Part shown: one piece after another, positions 21,101 to 30,103 of the stretch
Layout of the letters: each line of letters starts with the position of its first letter
Position numbering within the stretch: the first letter of the stretch is position 1
NCBI GenBank assembly: GCA_963705305.1
Contig: OY970067.1
Coordinates: forward strand, 4,960,001 to 5,024,000
DNA from: an uncultured Methylomirabilota bacterium
GTDB lineage: Bacteria > Methylomirabilota > Methylomirabilia > Methylomirabilales > 2-02-FULL-66-22
Direction of reading: 5' to 3'
Length of the DNA: 64,000 nucleotides
Program-made: the position numbers and the translations under genes
Notes under the pieces: model-generated
The model's input: the letters and a program-made list of their open reading frames with translations, nothing else
The model's database searches: none
Told to the model about the DNA's origin: nothing

Positions 21101-21137
21101 GCGCCCGCACTGTTTCTTCAAGATGTTCGCGCATCAC
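18120..21137 (-). CDS. putA: Bifunctional proline dehydrogenase / P5C dehydrogenase (short PutA without RHH domain)
   Basis: KVQLFRFID, DVLGE, VRLVKGAYWD, ASHN, YLIRRLLENTANESF; ALDH motifs PWNFP, FTGS, EMGGKN, GQKCSACSR, EEIFGP. Confidence 0.95.
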   Translation of the reverse strand: MMREHLEETVRARGREFFALIGSERPSLFNKAAWTGKVLDACMQNESFKVQLFRFIDVLPYLGSADALGRHLEEYFGAEESLPAALRWGLKGLGWGGSLARSAATVAIRKNLEMLARDFIVGSRVPETLERLESLRAQGFAFTLDVLGEATISEREADEYVANYLRLLDGLEEAQRTWPALAGGMSGLDWGHAPRVNISVKPSALFSLADPVIPEESVEGMLARLRPLYRKIIGLRGFLCLDVEMRRLKNVTINLYRRLRAEPEFRSYPHLGIAMQAYLHESEGDLGDLLAWARGEGLPISVRLVKGAYWDYETVVARQYGWPVPVYSVKTETDAAFERMAEKVLANHDICHLACASHNVRSVSAVVELARARRVPDDRYEFQALYGMAEPFRKALLKLTGRVRLYCPHGELLPGMAYLIRRLLENTANESFLRQTFVEGVEREHLLESPHGRHVDLGSTAAKETSGPTGVEAGFRQEAFPDWTDREARQSYLAALARVRTCLGQSYPLRIGGEEVRTADRLDSRNPANPAEIIGSVCQAGPSEVEAAIAAAAKAFPAWRDTSPKARAAFLAKAAAAARRRIFELAAWQTLEAGKQWTEAYLDVAEAIDFLNYYAREMVRLGEPRHLGNVPGESNEYFYEPKGVAAVIAPWNFPLAISCGMSAAALVAGNPVLYKPSSLTPIVGHTLAEIFREAGLPAGVFNYVPGRGRVIGDLLVEHPQINLIAFTGSMEAGLRILERAAHCSPTQSSVKKVIAEMGGKNAIVIDDDADLDEAVPAMVRSAFGYQGQKCSACSRAIVVDAVYTRFLERLLSVARSVRIGPAEDPANFMGPVIDRSAQEKILEYATLARQEGRVEFSSQVPDTHGYYVPLTIVTGVPPDHRLAQEEIFGPVLSVMRARDFEEALAWANATRFALTGGVFSRTPSHIERCRRAFRIGNLYINRGITGAIVGRQPFGGFKMSGVGSKAGGPDYLLQFLDSRVVTENTMRRGFVPFEELRAPDATVPG

Positions 21138-21880
21138 GATCGACGCCTCCTTGCCACCACCACCCGCTCCCCTTTTCCCCGCTCCATCTTCGCGTTGAAA
21201 TATCGGACATGCGCCTGCGCCAGCGAGCGAGCCGCTTCCGTATCCCGCTTCCCGATCGCTTCCAGGATCCGGCAGAGATCCTGGTGGTTTCGCTCCATCA
21301 GGCGCCGGTCCCGCGACAGAAATTGCTCGAAATAGGGGTAGATGTTCTCGTAGATCGTCTGCGCCACCGACTCGAAGATCCGGTTTCGGGTCATCCGCGC
21401 CAGGTGCAGATGGAATCTGTTGTCCTCGGTTATGATGGCTTCCCAGTCGAAATCCGCGCTGGCCAGATGCCCTTCGATGACCCGAAGGAACGAATGCAGG
21501 ATGGACAGGTCCTCGCGCGTCGCCATGCGGGCCGCCTGCGCCGCCACCAGCCCCTCCACGGCCTCCCGGAATTCCGCCAGCTCCCGCAGGCTGATCTTCT
21601 GGTAGCGCATCAAGAGGTCAAGGCTTTCGCTGACGAGCTTCGTATCCACGGAGCGAACGATCGCCCCGCCCCTGACCCCCGTCTTGATGGCGAGCAGCCC
21701 TTTCTGCTCCAGGGTGCGCAGGGCCTCCCGCAGGGTCCCCCGGCTGATTTGGAAGACCTCGCGGAGCTGGCGCTCAGCCGGCAGTTTCGCGCCTGTCTTC
21801 AGCCGGCCCTGGAGAATCGCCTCCTGGATCTGGTGCACGACATCCTCGAAGACCCGGCTCTGCTTGGATGGTCTGAACAT
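21134..21880 (-). CDS. FadR/GntR-family transcriptional regulator (FCD domain)
   Basis: KLPAERQL...ISRGTLREALRTLEQKGL; DNRFH, H..I..AI..RD; stop overlaps the putA start. Confidence 0.9.
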   Translation of the reverse strand: MFRPSKQSRVFEDVVHQIQEAILQGRLKTGAKLPAERQLREVFQISRGTLREALRTLEQKGLLAIKTGVRGGAIVRSVDTKLVSESLDLLMRYQKISLRELAEFREAVEGLVAAQAARMATREDLSILHSFLRVIEGHLASADFDWEAIITEDNRFHLHLARMTRNRIFESVAQTIYENIYPYFEQFLSRDRRLMERNHQDLCRILEAIGKRDTEAARSLAQAHVRYFNAKMERGKGERVVVARRRRS

Positions 21881-21916
21881 CGCCCCTTCCATGAAAGGTC
21901 TCTTCAAAAGTTATTA

Positions 21917-21933
21917 TAATGGTTTAACCATTA
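21917..21933. promoter_or_regulatory. FadR-type operator palindrome
   Basis: TAATGGT-TTA-ACCATTA, a TGGT-N3-ACCA core, 37 bp upstream of the regulator start and downstream of a minus-strand TTGACT (21957-21952). Confidence 0.8.
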
Positions 21934-22234
21934 CACCGCCTGCGAGTGCGAAGTCAAGAATGATCATAAAGACCTCCGAGGAGTAGGTGGAGCGGCGGTA
22001 GAATGAGGGCACCTGGGCGCAGCATGCCAAGGGCACGGAGCCGCGTCACATCCTTCGGGAGGCAGTCCGGTGGCACGAATCAAGGCTGCCGGGCTCCCCG
22101 GGCTGGGATGCCGGTGCGTCATGGCATTTACACATTTGTGTCGGCCCGAGGGCAATGTTTCGACGCAACCCGGAGAGGACATGACAGGATCTGCCATGCC
22201 TCCCCGCGCAAGGATGGACTCGAGGGAAGACCAT

Positions 22235-22828
22235 TCAAAGGCTGCGCAGGTAACCGAAAAAGCGGTCTAATGTTTCCGGGTTGAGATTTTCGGCGGTGAT
22301 GCTCTTCATCGTCGCCAGGAGAGTCCCATGCTCGCCCTTGAGCTGGTTGAACTCCGCACGGAAGAGCGCCAGAAGGGCTTGCTGCTTTTCGGGCGCAGAA
22401 AAGTAGGAGACGGCCTCCGCATGGTTGTCGGTCAGCAACCGTAGGCTTTCGTCCAACCGGGGCGCGTTGAAATCGGCGTGTTTGAGACCGCCCAGGGAGA
22501 TGGTCCGCAACAGCATGCCGGACTTCGGCTCAACATGGAAGCGAAAGCCAGGCCCCGCCCCCCTCTGGAGAAACAATTTGGCTGTGGGGGGGTACACGAT
22601 CGTCAGAATGCTGCGCCACGCCATATGGTCATCCGGATCGATCCAGGCCCTCTCCTCCACCCCGCCATGATCGCGCCGCATGTATGACCTGCCGATCTTG
22701 AACACTGCGCTTCCGCCCAGCTCCTTCGCCAGCCTCCTGGCAGTCTTGTAGCGACACGATTCGTACGCGTAATAGTAGGCCAGCACGAAAAGCAACAAGG
22801 CGGGGAAAATGAGGTAGGCGATCAGCAT
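22235..22828 (-). CDS. Hypothetical membrane-anchored protein
   Basis: GAGG RBS, N-terminal TM helix MLIAYLIFPALLLFVLAYYY; no recognised family. Confidence 0.65.
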   Translation of the reverse strand: MLIAYLIFPALLLFVLAYYYAYESCRYKTARRLAKELGGSAVFKIGRSYMRRDHGGVEERAWIDPDDHMAWRSILTIVYPPTAKLFLQRGAGPGFRFHVEPKSGMLLRTISLGGLKHADFNAPRLDESLRLLTDNHAEAVSYFSAPEKQQALLALFRAEFNQLKGEHGTLLATMKSITAENLNPETLDRFFGYLRSL

Positions 22829-23156
22829 GTGTCATTTCCTCTTCGACAGCGGCCATGAAGGGCGGCGGGTCCGGCCGCCTGCCGCCTTCGCTGGCGCAAC
22901 CGCTCCACAGTGGTGCAATCCGTCATCACAGAACCCCGGCAGGAACACCAGCAGGAGAGTCCTGTCCGTCAAAGGCTCTCCTGCCTGCGGCGTCGACTAT
23001 GGGACGTTCGAGCGCCGGTGTTGCCCCCTCGTGCCGGTGCGGTGCGCACGCTACCATTGTCGAGCAAAAAGTCAAGGTTGCGCCGCGAGGCGCCTTCGGC
23101 TTGACCCCCTGCGTATGGGTCGAAGGAGGAGTACGAATCGAGGCGCCAACTCTCCC

Positions 23157-23185
23157 TTGACATCTCCAACAGCCCAGTGTATTCA
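23157..23185 (+). promoter_or_regulatory. Putative sigma70 promoter
   Basis: TTGACA (23157-23162), 17 bp, TATTCA (23180-23185), about 100 bp upstream of the 23287 ATG. Confidence 0.45.
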
Positions 23186-23286
23186 CACCCCCGGCTTGCC
23201 CCATCCCCCCCGACCGGTTCGGCTGGGATGCTCGGGCCTTGCTCGGTGCGCGGTGGCAATGACGTTCCCGACATGGAGGCTGACGC

Positions 23287-23790
23287 ATGAGCATGATCGA
23301 GAGTCGTGATCCGGTACCGACGTGGCTGGCCGCCAAGATTCGGCGGGCGGAGTTCTTGGCCGCTCTCCTCGCGTGCGGTCCGGTTGCAGGCCGTCCTTCT
23401 GCTGCTCGCGGCCGTCGAGCTGTTATAGCGGCTCGGAGAGACGGAAAGCCCGTTCGTGCCGCTGTTCTGGAACGGGGTGTTTCTCGTCGTCCTGTATTTC
23501 CTCGGGAAGCCGCTCCTGCGGGCGGCTCACGTCCTGCTGCGCCCCGAAGCGTCCGACGAGGTCGCCTATCTTGCCGGTTCGGCTCCCTGGTGCCGACAGT
23601 GAGGCAGATCGAGAGAGAGCTGGAGCACTCGCCCCATGCCGCCGGGGCCGAGGCGGCACTCACCGACATCTGGCTGGTCGTTTCGCGCCGCAGCCGATTC
23701 GCCGTCCGGCGTCTGGACGACCTCGTGTGGGCATTCGTCCGGACGACGACCGCAAAACTCAACTGGAGTCAAAGCCGTCCAATTCCACGG
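23287..23790 (+). pseudogene. Disrupted membrane protein gene (possibly DUF6709-like)
   Basis: GGAGG RBS and ATG. Protein-like text switches frame near 23380 (RLQAVLLLLAAVELL*RLG...FVPLFWNGVFLVVLYFLGKPLL, in-frame TAG) and back near 23575 (FGSLVPTVRQIERELE...RLDDLVWAFV). Confidence 0.55.
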
Positions 23791-23800
23791 AGTGTGGAAT

Positions 23801-23821
23801 CTTGGCGTCATGGCGGTTCAA
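23801..23821. repeat. Dispersed 21-bp repeat, copy 2
   Basis: Identical to 2496-2516. Confidence 0.7.
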
Positions 23822-23863
23822 GGCTTTTTGCGGCTTAAGGGACATCGGCGAAAGGAGACGGGG

Positions 23864-24550
23864 ATGACGACGCTGTTGACGGCGGAGGCGCTGGCGGAGC
23901 TGCGCCGGATGGATTCGCCCACGGTGGCCAACGCCATCGAGGCGTTCGGCGTGCGAGACGATACGGAGGGCTTCCTGGGAATGGATATCCCCTGCCTCAC
24001 TCCCGAGTTCGGAGTCATGGTGGGGTATGCGGTGACGATCACCGCCGACAGCATGACGCCCGGCAAGGCGCGCGATCGCCGGGGCCTGGTCAGGGTGCTC
24101 GAGGCCGTCGCCGCCTCGCCCCAGCCGGCCGTCCTGGCGGTCCAGGACGTGGGAAGGCGGCGCACGCACGCCTGCTTCCTGGGCGACGTGATCGCGACCC
24201 TCACGCGGCGCCTGGGCGCCGTCGGGATCGTGACCGACGGCGGCGTGCGGGATCTGGACGGGGTGAAGCCGCTGGGCTTCCACGTCTTTGCGCCGGGACT
24301 GGTGGTGGCCCACGGCACGTTCAACTTCCTCGACGCCGGGGTGCCCGTGGAGCTGAGCGGGGTCCGCATCCGGCCCGGCGACCTTCTCCACGGCGACGCC
24401 AACGGGGTGGTGACCGTCCCCCTGGAGATCGCGGACAGGCTGTACGCGGAATGCCTGAAGGTGCGAGATCGCGAGACGGCCCTGAAGGACTATGCCGGCA
24501 GCCGCAAGTTCTCCCTGGAGGGCATACGGACCAGGCTGCTCGGGAAGTAG
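23864..24550 (+). CDS. RraA-like / HMG aldolase family protein
   Basis: DSPTVANAIE, VGYAVT, GAVGIVTDGGVRD, IRPGDLLHGDANGVV; AAGGAG RBS. Confidence 0.88.
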   Translation: MTTLLTAEALAELRRMDSPTVANAIEAFGVRDDTEGFLGMDIPCLTPEFGVMVGYAVTITADSMTPGKARDRRGLVRVLEAVAASPQPAVLAVQDVGRRRTHACFLGDVIATLTRRLGAVGIVTDGGVRDLDGVKPLGFHVFAPGLVVAHGTFNFLDAGVPVELSGVRIRPGDLLHGDANGVVTVPLEIADRLYAECLKVRDRETALKDYAGSRKFSLEGIRTRLLGK

Positions 24551-24620
24551 CAACGCGCACGCGGGACGCCCGGGGTTGCGCGGGGTGCACCCGCCGCCAT
24601 CGGCCCCGAGACCGCCGGCC

Positions 24621-25301
24621 CTATGGCCTCCCGCCGGGGCCCTTCGGCGGCGGCGCGGCGGCGCCCATGGCCTGCCTGGCCTCGGCGATGAATCGCTCCG
24701 CCGTCTGGTAGTCCTGGCTCCCCGCCCCCACCGACCGCTGGAAGGCCTCCCAGGTCTTGATGGCGGCCGGATAATCCTTCTTCACGCGCTGGAGCAGGCT
24801 GGCCTTGTCCCACAGAGCGTCGATGTAGTCGAGCTGGATGGTTAAGGCCGCCTCGTATTGGCGCAGCGCCGCATCCGCCTGCCCCCGCCCCTGCATGATC
24901 TCCCCCAGGTAGTCGATGGCCTCCACGTTTTTGGGCTCGATGGCCAGCACCCGCTTGTAGAGGGCCTCCGCCTCGCCCGGCTGGTTCTGGGTCAAGTGGG
25001 CATGCGCGATAGCCATGAGCGCCTCCACGTCGCGCGGGTTCTGGAGCAGCCGCGTCTGCCACATGGCCGAGGGATCCGACGCCGGCCGCGCCGCGGAGGG
25101 CGGCGCGGCCGGCGGGGGGCTGGAGGGTCCGGTGAAGCGGTGGGCCAGGTAGCCGCCCGACACCCCGATGACCAGGGCGATCGCCACCAGCGCCACGACC
25201 GATGGAACCGTCAATTGCCCCGCCAGCAGGGAAGGCGCCCGCCGGACCGGCGCCTCGGGCTGCGGGGTCCTCTTCTCCCCTTGCTGCTTCTTCTTTCCCA
25301 T
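24621..25301 (-). CDS. Membrane-anchored tetratricopeptide-repeat protein (CcmI/CycH-like)
   Basis: One TM helix, Pro-rich linker, TPR patterns (NPRDVEAL, AEALYKRVLAIEPKNVEA, ALRQYEAAL). Confidence 0.75.
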   Translation of the reverse strand: MGKKKQQGEKRTPQPEAPVRRAPSLLAGQLTVPSVVALVAIALVIGVSGGYLAHRFTGPSSPPPAAPPSAARPASDPSAMWQTRLLQNPRDVEALMAIAHAHLTQNQPGEAEALYKRVLAIEPKNVEAIDYLGEIMQGRGQADAALRQYEAALTIQLDYIDALWDKASLLQRVKKDYPAAIKTWEAFQRSVGAGSQDYQTAERFIAEARQAMGAAAPPPKGPGGRP

Positions 25302-25370
25302 CCCATCACCTCGGCCGCCGGAACCGCGAAGCGCCTGCAGCAGAATCCCCCTGCCGGCGCGGCCCGGACA

Positions 25371-26129
25371 TCAGCGGAGAAGTCGCCGCTCGATCTGGAA
25401 GAACCAGTCCGGCGTCAGCGAGAACGCCAGCCGACTGAGCAGCGTGAAGTAGTCGGTCAAGAGCAGGATGCCCAGCAGGATCAGAACCACCCCGCTTCCC
25501 CGCGTCACGACGGGGAAGAAGTGCTTGAACCGGTCGAAGAAGGCCAGGAAGTGGCGGATGGCCAGCGCGCTGGCGAAGAAGGGAATGGCCAGCCCCAGCG
25601 AATATGCCCCCAGCATCAGGACTCCCGTGGAGGCCGTCTGGGCGACCGACGCCAGCGTCAGGATGGCGCCCAGGATGGGGCCGATGCAGGGGGTCCAGCC
25701 TGCGGCGAAGGTGATCCCCGTGGCCACCGCCCCCAGGTAGCCCGCCGGCCGTCCCGCCAGCTCCACCCGCCACTCCCGGGCCAGGACCGGGATGCGCAGC
25801 CAGCCGGCCACGTACAGTCCCATGAGGATGATGAAGATTCCGCCGACTTTCCGGATGACATCCTGGTACTGAAACAGGACCTGTCCCAGAACGGTGGCCC
25901 CGGCCCCCAGCGTGACGAAGACGGCGGAGAACCCCAGGATGAAGCAGGCGGAGTTCAACAGGATGGCCCGCCGCGTCCGCGGGTTGGCCACCGAGCCCTG
26001 GAGCTCTCCGAACGAAACGCCCGCGACGAACGAGATGTACGAGGGGAGCAGCGGCAGGACGCACGGAGAGAGGAAGGACAGGAGGCCCGCCCCCACCGCC
26101 ACCAGAATGTTCAGCTGCGCCCCGGGCAT
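25371..26129 (-). CDS. ccdA: Cytochrome c biogenesis protein CcdA (DsbD transmembrane domain)
   Basis: AGLLSFLSPCVLPL and GWTPCIGPILG. Confidence 0.92.
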   Translation of the reverse strand: MPGAQLNILVAVGAGLLSFLSPCVLPLLPSYISFVAGVSFGELQGSVANPRTRRAILLNSACFILGFSAVFVTLGAGATVLGQVLFQYQDVIRKVGGIFIILMGLYVAGWLRIPVLAREWRVELAGRPAGYLGAVATGITFAAGWTPCIGPILGAILTLASVAQTASTGVLMLGAYSLGLAIPFFASALAIRHFLAFFDRFKHFFPVVTRGSGVVLILLGILLLTDYFTLLSRLAFSLTPDWFFQIERRLLR

Positions 26130-26144
26130 GCCAGTCTCGTCCTC

Positions 26145-26723
26145 TTACCGCGCACCGTTCGCCAGGAGCTGGGAGAAGTAGCGCCGGGCCGGCGGACTGT
26201 CCCAATCCCGCGCGCCATAGGCCCACCACAGGATCCGTCCGTTCCGCCCGATCAGGAAGGTCACCGGGATCCCGCGCAGCCCGTAGTGGTAGGCCGCGGT
26301 CCCGTCTCCATCCAGCAGGGTGGGGAAGGTCAGCTTCAGCTCCCGAATGAAGACCGCCACCACCTCGCGCCCCTCCTGCATGTCCACGGCCAGCACCATC
26401 AGACCCTTGTCGCGGTAGGCTCCGTAGAGCTGCTCCATGGCCGGCATCTCCTCCCGGCAGGGTCCACACCAGGTTGCGAAGAAGTTGAGGAGGACCACCT
26501 TCCCCCGCAGGTCCCTGAGGCTCATTCGCTTCCCGCCCAGGTCCGGCAGGCTGAAGTTGGGTGCGTCGACCCGCTCGGTGGGGGCCTGGAGCACGAACTC
26601 CTCTAGGAAGTCGGCGGAGCCGGCCGCGGCCGCCGCGCCGGGCAGGAGCAGCCACGCCAGGCACATGACCAGCCATGATCGAGCGAGACCCCGAAACAGC
26701 GGACAAGCGGGCAGCGTCGCCAT
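26145..26723 (-). CDS. TlpA/ResA-family thiol-disulfide reductase
   Basis: Signal peptide, APNFSL, GKVVLLNFFATWCGPCREEMP, GIPVTFLI. Confidence 0.9.
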   Translation of the reverse strand: MATLPACPLFRGLARSWLVMCLAWLLLPGAAAAAGSADFLEEFVLQAPTERVDAPNFSLPDLGGKRMSLRDLRGKVVLLNFFATWCGPCREEMPAMEQLYGAYRDKGLMVLAVDMQEGREVVAVFIRELKLTFPTLLDGDGTAAYHYGLRGIPVTFLIGRNGRILWWAYGARDWDSPPARRYFSQLLANGAR

Positions 26724-26742
26724 CGGAATTCAGTCGGCTCCC

Positions 26743-28074
26743 TTACTCTTTGATCTGCGCCTTCGCCAAATCGGCCACGGCCGACACGACAATCCGGTCG
26801 GGATGCAGGTACTGCTGCGCCACCCGCTGGATGTCCGCGGCGGTCACGGCGTTGATGAAGTCCGCATAGCGGTCCAGATAGTCCGGACCCAGTCCGTAGA
26901 ACTCCACGAAGGCCAGCCAGCGGCTGATCTTGCCGTTGGTATCCAGCCGCAGGGGGAAGCTGCCCGTGAGGTACGCCTTGGCGTCCGCCAGCTCGGTCGC
27001 GCCCACGGGCTGGTCGCGCATGCGGCGCATCTCCTGGAGCACCGCGTCCACCGCCTCGCGGGCGGCCGCGTTCCTGGTCTGCAACGAGACGCTGAAATCC
27101 CCGGCGTACTTCCCGGCGTCGAGGACGCTCCGCACGGAGTAGGCCCAGCCCTTCTCCTGGCGGATCTTCTCTACCAGCCGCGAGGAAAAGCCGCCGCCCA
27201 GGATGTAGTTCATGACCTGGAGGGGATAGTAGTCCGGATCCTCCCGCCGCACCCCCAGGTGGCCCAGGGTGATGTTGGCCTGGGTGACGTCGCGCTGGAT
27301 GGTCCGCACCACCGACGCCGTCAGCGGCGCGGGCGCGGGCGGCACGGGGATCTCGACGTTCCCCCTCTGCCAGCTCCCCAGGCGCGCCTCCAGCCGGCGG
27401 CGGAGATCCGGCAGGCGCACATCCCCCACAACCGCCAGGATGGCGTGGTCGGGCCGATAGTAGGCCTGGTGGAAGCGCACCAGATCGTCCCGGGTAATGG
27501 TCGGAACGGAGGTCTGGCTTCCCTCCACCGGTCTTCCGTAGGGACTGGCCCCATACACTAGGGCGGCGAATGTCTCGGCCGACACGGTGCCCGGATTGTC
27601 GCGCTTGCGCCGGATCCCGGCCAGGACCTCCGCGGCCGTGCGGGCGATCTCGCCAGGACCGAAGGCGGGATGCTGCAGGACGTCGGCCAAGAGGTCCAGC
27701 CCCCGGTCCAGATCCTTGCTGAGGATCGACAGCGAGATCTGGGTGAGGTCGTGCCCTGCATCCACCGAGAGGGCTCCCCCCACGAAGTCGATGGCGTCCT
27801 TGATCTCTATAGCGGAACGGGCGGCCGTCCCCTGCATCAGAAGCTTGGCGGTCAGGTTGGCCACGCCGGGCTTCTCGACCGGGTCCAAGATGGACCCGGC
27901 CTGGATCAACACGGTGACCGTGACGATCGGCACCGCCGGCTTCTCCGCGACCAGGACGACCAGGCCGTTGGGCAGGACCTCGCGCGTCCCGAGCGGGGCA
28001 GCCGGAGCGGGGACGGCCAGCAGGCACAGGACCACGGCCGGCAGCAGCCGGCGGAGCACGCGCAGCGGCCTCAT
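26743..28074 (-). CDS. M16 (pitrilysin) peptidase, non-catalytic subunit
   Basis: LPNGL, GVANLTAKLL (HxxEH absent), ILGGGFSSRL..IR..KG.AY. Confidence 0.88.
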   Translation of the reverse strand: MRPLRVLRRLLPAVVLCLLAVPAPAAPLGTREVLPNGLVVLVAEKPAVPIVTVTVLIQAGSILDPVEKPGVANLTAKLLMQGTAARSAIEIKDAIDFVGGALSVDAGHDLTQISLSILSKDLDRGLDLLADVLQHPAFGPGEIARTAAEVLAGIRRKRDNPGTVSAETFAALVYGASPYGRPVEGSQTSVPTITRDDLVRFHQAYYRPDHAILAVVGDVRLPDLRRRLEARLGSWQRGNVEIPVPPAPAPLTASVVRTIQRDVTQANITLGHLGVRREDPDYYPLQVMNYILGGGFSSRLVEKIRQEKGWAYSVRSVLDAGKYAGDFSVSLQTRNAAAREAVDAVLQEMRRMRDQPVGATELADAKAYLTGSFPLRLDTNGKISRWLAFVEFYGLGPDYLDRYADFINAVTAADIQRVAQQYLHPDRIVVSAVADLAKAQIKE

Positions 28075-29507
28075 CGGACGTCCTCTTTCATCGAGCCCCG
28101 GGGGGCGGATGGCCCCCGTGTGGTCGGCACCAGGATGGCGACCGTCCGGTTATCCGGGACGAGGTACTGCGCGGCCACCCGTTGGACTTCCGCCGCGGTC
28201 ACCGCGCGGATCCCTTCCAGGTAGCCGTCCAGCAGCCGCCAGCTCGCCACCGACTCGTACGTTCCCAGCAGGCCGGCCAGGCGGTGCACCGAGTCCTGAG
28301 CGAAGATGAATTCCGCCTCGATCTGATTCTTCGCCTTGGCCAGCTCGCGCTCCGAGATCGGCTCGCGCTGCACGCACTCGATCTCGGCGAACAGGGCCCG
28401 CTCCAGGTCTTCCATCGACTTCCCGGGCAACGGGGCGGCGCTCAGACTGAAGAGGTAGGGATCCACGGACAGGCCGGAGTAGCTCGCGGACGCGGCGGAG
28501 GCCAATTGCTGCTCGTACACCAGGCGCTGGGGCAGGCGGGCGCTCTCGCCCCCCGCCAGGACATACCCCAGGACCTCCAGGGGAAAACTGTCCGGGTGGG
28601 TGATGGTGGGGGTGTGGTAGGCCGCGGAGAACAGGGGCAGCTCGGCCTCCTTCCTGACCGCGACGCGCCGCTCGCCCTGCTGGAGGGGCTCTACCGTCAC
28701 CACCTTGGGGGGGTCGGGGCCCCGCGGGATCGAGCCGAAGAGCGCCTGGATCTCGGCCAGGACGGCGTCCCTCCGGATGTCGCCGGCCACGATCAGCACG
28801 GCGTTGTTCGGCATATAATACCGCTGGTGGAAGCGCCGCAGGTCCTGGATGGTGTAGGCCTGGATGTCGCTCTCCCAGCCGATCACCGGCCAGCGGTACG
28901 GGTGCGCCAGGAATGCGGTCGCCCGCATGACCTCGCCCAGGACGCCGGCGGGCTGATCGTCGATCCGGAGGCGCCGCTCTTCCAGGACCACTTGGCGCTC
29001 CGGCAAGAACTCCTTCTCGTCCAGAGAGAGATGGGCCATCCGGTCCGCCTCCAGCTCCAGGGCCAGGTTCACCCGGTCGGCGGCAAAATCGATGTAGTAG
29101 GCGGTGTAGTTGGCCGTGGTGTAGGCGTTGTCCTGCCCCCCGTTCCGCTGGACGAGCCGGTCGAATTCCCTGGGGCCGATGCCGGGTGTGCCCTTGAAGA
29201 ACATGTGCTCGAGCATGTGGGTGAGGCCGGTCTTACCGGTCTCCTCGTTGCGGGACCCCACCTTGTAGTAGACCTGGACGCTCACCACCGGCGCCTTGTG
29301 CTCCTCCACCAGGAGGGCGGTGAGGCCGTTGGCGAGCGTGGTCTCGGAGATCCGGTCGGACAGGCTGGCCGCCCCAGCCGATCCGGCGAGCCGCAGCAGG
29401 AGCGCGCCCACGAGCAGGAGGGCGGCCGGGCCCGCCGGCCGCCCGAACGACCGACGAACAACCCGCAGGTCCGCCCCCGCTCGCGGAGGGACCGGCTGAA
29501 CTCCCAT
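28071..29507 (-). CDS. M16 (pitrilysin) zinc peptidase, catalytic subunit
   Basis: VGSRNE..GKTGLTHMLEHMFFKGT (HxxEH), NAYT, LEADRM, HPYRWPVIGW; start placed at ATG 29507 after AAAGGA. Confidence 0.9.
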   Translation of the reverse strand: MGVQPVPPRAGADLRVVRRSFGRPAGPAALLLVGALLLRLAGSAGAASLSDRISETTLANGLTALLVEEHKAPVVSVQVYYKVGSRNEETGKTGLTHMLEHMFFKGTPGIGPREFDRLVQRNGGQDNAYTTANYTAYYIDFAADRVNLALELEADRMAHLSLDEKEFLPERQVVLEERRLRIDDQPAGVLGEVMRATAFLAHPYRWPVIGWESDIQAYTIQDLRRFHQRYYMPNNAVLIVAGDIRRDAVLAEIQALFGSIPRGPDPPKVVTVEPLQQGERRVAVRKEAELPLFSAAYHTPTITHPDSFPLEVLGYVLAGGESARLPQRLVYEQQLASAASASYSGLSVDPYLFSLSAAPLPGKSMEDLERALFAEIECVQREPISERELAKAKNQIEAEFIFAQDSVHRLAGLLGTYESVASWRLLDGYLEGIRAVTAAEVQRVAAQYLVPDNRTVAILVPTTRGPSAPRGSMKEDVR

Positions 29508-29629
29508 TCCTTTCACTCCTTCGGGGTGAACGCGTCCCCGGGGGATCGAACGCGGATCAGGGGAGGGCTGGCCGTGGAGAGGGCCGGCGCGATCTGCCGC
29601 GTTCCCCGGAATCCTCTCCGGAAAACGGG

Positions 29630-30103
29630 TCAAGGGAGGTCGGGGCGGACCCGATCGCCGACCCGAATCCGCTCCCGGTCGGTGTAGCCGTCCGGCACCT
29701 CGAGCACCAGGTCCGCCGTGGCCGTGTAGGTCAGCACCGGACCGGCCGGCAATAGCGGTGGGGCGTGTTTCTCGATGTGGACGATGCGACCCTGCCGGAC
29801 CCACAGAATGTCCAGGGGGAATCGCATATCCTTCATCCAGATGGTGACCGGCTGCGGCTGCTCGTAGGGGAAGGCCATCCCCCAGCCCGGCCGCAAACCG
29901 GGCCGGCCGCTCAGTCCGCGGGCCTTCTCCTCCATCGTCCGGCACACCTCGACCGTCAGGTGGACCCGGCCGCCGATGGTCACCCGTCCCTTCGGCAGGG
30001 GCGGGTTCACTTCCACCGCCGCGGCCGGGAGCAGACAGGCCAGCACCAGCAGCAGGACGCTGCCGCTCGCGGTGAGAACGGCCCGGCGCGCTGTCTCCAT
30101 CAT
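29630..30103 (-). CDS. DUF192 family protein
   Basis: VEV...E+ARGLSGR, GMAF, IWMKDMRFPLDILW, VLEVPDG, IRVGD. Confidence 0.85.
   Translation of the reverse strand: MMETARRAVLTASGSVLLLVLACLLPAAAVEVNPPLPKGRVTIGGRVHLTVEVCRTMEEKARGLSGRPGLRPGWGMAFPYEQPQPVTIWMKDMRFPLDILWVRQGRIVHIEKHAPPLLPAGPVLTYTATADLVLEVPDGYTDRERIRVGDRVRPDLP

Noticed and set aside
22070..22087. TGGCACGAATCAAGGC as a sigma54 promoter
   Set aside because: GC at -12 is misplaced by one base and no gene follows on that strand.
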